From NCBI GenBank assembly GCA_034370385.1, contig JAXMKZ010000022.1, positions 4,027-68,026 of the forward strand: DNA of 64,000 bases. The letters are read 5' to 3'. The stretch is from Coriobacteriia bacterium. GTDB lineage: Bacteria > Actinomycetota > Coriobacteriia > Anaerosomatales > PHET01. Shown here in pieces: positions 63,172 to 64,000 of this stretch (within the stretch, counting starts at the first letter, position 1; every line of letters begins with the position of its first letter). Below the pieces are notes generated by a model. The model was not told the DNA's origin. It saw only the letters and a list, made by a program, of their open reading frames with translations, and made no database searches. A program made the translations under genes and the position numbers.

Positions 63172-64000
63172 CTAGTCCTTAGACCTGAAACGGAGCAGGA
63201 CGGGCGTTCCGGTGAGATCAAACCGCTCACGCAGTCGATTCTCCACGTAGCGGCGGTAGTTGTCGTCGACCATCCCGGGGTGGTTGGCGAAGAAGGTGAA
63301 GCCGGGAGGCGAGGTCCGCGTCTGAGTGACGTACTGGAGGCGCAGCGACTTGCCGCCTTCGTTCTTGGTGTGCCCGAACTCGCGCATCTCGGAGAGCAGC
63401 TTGTTGAGCTGGCTCGTGGATATCTGCTGGACGTAGTTCTCGTATACGGCCGAGATCGCGCCCCATATCTTGTCTACGCTGCGACCTGTCAGCGCGCTGA
63501 TGCGCAAGACCGGCGCAAAACCGACGAATCCGAGGCGATCGGTGACACGGGTGACCAAGTCATCCTTCTCCTCGATCGATTCGAGCACATCCCACTTATT
63601 GAGCAGGATGATCATCGCGCACCCACGCTCTTCAGCGAACCGGGCGATTCTTTGATCCTGGTCCGTCAGGCCGATAGTCGAGTCGATGACGAGCAGTGCG
63701 ACGTGCGCCTGATCGATGGCTCGCATAGCTCTGACGAAACCGTAGTACTCGACGTCCTCATCGATGACGGACTTGCGCCTGATACCGGCGGTATCGATCA
63801 GGCGGAACCGCACACCGTCGCGCTCGATGAGCATGTCGATGGCGTCACGGGTGGTCCCCGGAACATCCGACACGATGGCGCGCTCAACGCCGGTCATGCG
63901 GTTGAGCAACGATGACTTGCCGGCGTTCGGCCGACCGATGATGGCCACGTCGATGGCGTCGCTGGGCCCTTCTTGCTCGCTTGACGGCAGTACCTCCACG
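63172..64000 (-). CDS. der: GTPase Der/EngA, C-terminal part (gene continues beyond the window edge)
   Basis: Second GTPase domain (GRPNAGKSSLLN, DTAGIRRK, NKWD) and a C-terminal KH-like domain. The reading frame is open to position 64000. The der-plsY-gpsA order is widely conserved. Confidence 0.88.
   Translation of the reverse strand, partial: VEVLPSSEQEGPSDAIDVAIIGRPNAGKSSLLNRMTGVERAIVSDVPGTTRDAIDMLIERDGVRFRLIDTAGIRRKSVIDEDVEYYGFVRAMRAIDQAHVALLVIDSTIGLTDQDQRIARFAEERGCAMIILLNKWDVLESIEEKDDLVTRVTDRLGFVGFAPVLRISALTGRSVDKIWGAISAVYENYVQQISTSQLNKLLSEMREFGHTKNEGGKSLRLQYVTQTRTSPPGFTFFANHPGMVDDNYRRYVENRLRERFDLTGTPVLLRFRSKD

Noticed and set aside
62524-63915. 463-aa plus-strand ORF
   Set aside because: It is antisense to plsY and der, with an Arg/Asp/Gly-rich nonsense-like sequence.
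1-64000. CRISPR arrays, rRNA genes, prophage or integron structures
   Set aside because: Reading all intergenic regions on both strands found no regularly spaced direct repeats, no rRNA-like conserved blocks, and no phage, integrase or attC-like features. The only mobile element is the IS at 14091-15424.

Overview
All calls come from reading the sequence and the ORF track. No database search or folding program was run, so family names are motif-recognition calls and boundaries are approximate.

The window is a 64-kb chromosomal segment from a GC-rich bacterium with strong GC3 codon bias. Gene content looks Actinomycetota-like: PASTA domains, DUF3048, a Nif3/COG1579/RNase H cluster, and a GAAC-N4-GTTC LexA box. 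The exact lineage cannot be determined from this window.

About 60 credible protein genes are present. Most are housekeeping:
- Nucleotide metabolism: nrdJ, dcd.
- Cofactors: pdxST, a thiamine salvage pair (thiT plus TPK), ribDE(BA)H, queD.
- Translation and RNA modification: rpmB, rsmB-fmt-def, gltX, glnS, mnmA, der (partial).
- Other core functions: priA, metK, Rrf2-nifS-nifU, rpe, gpsA-plsY.

RNA and regulatory elements supported by sequence:
- tRNA-Gln(CTG) and tRNA-Glu(CTC), lying between gltX and glnS.
- RNase P RNA.
- TPP, SAM-I and FMN riboswitches.
- Candidate NrdR boxes upstream of nrdJ.
- A perfect LexA (Cheo) box inside a near-consensus promoter.
- One intact IS (1.33 kb, 28-bp terminal inverted repeats).

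No CRISPR array and no rRNA were found.

Loci most worth follow-up:
1. A minus-strand cluster at 32210-39914: a hyper-acidic disordered protein with a C-terminal Cys4 motif, an orphan ChlI/ChlD-type AAA+-vWA fusion with no ChlH/CobN partner in the window, and a 1459-aa secreted FG-GAP/BNR/Ig-like protein containing a 900-bp internal tandem duplication.
2. A minimal SOS mutagenesis cassette: a small ImuB-C-terminus-like protein translationally abutted to DnaE2, with no imuA or Y-family imuB in the operon.
3. A promoter- and terminator-bounded, ~260-nt structured RNA of unknown class at 49262-49520.
4. A PASTA protein with a degenerate amidase-like domain, coupled to an intact M23 peptidase.
5. 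dinB translationally coupled to a pair of paralogous lipoproteins.

Many long ORFs in the six-frame track are antisense artefacts of high GC and were rejected.
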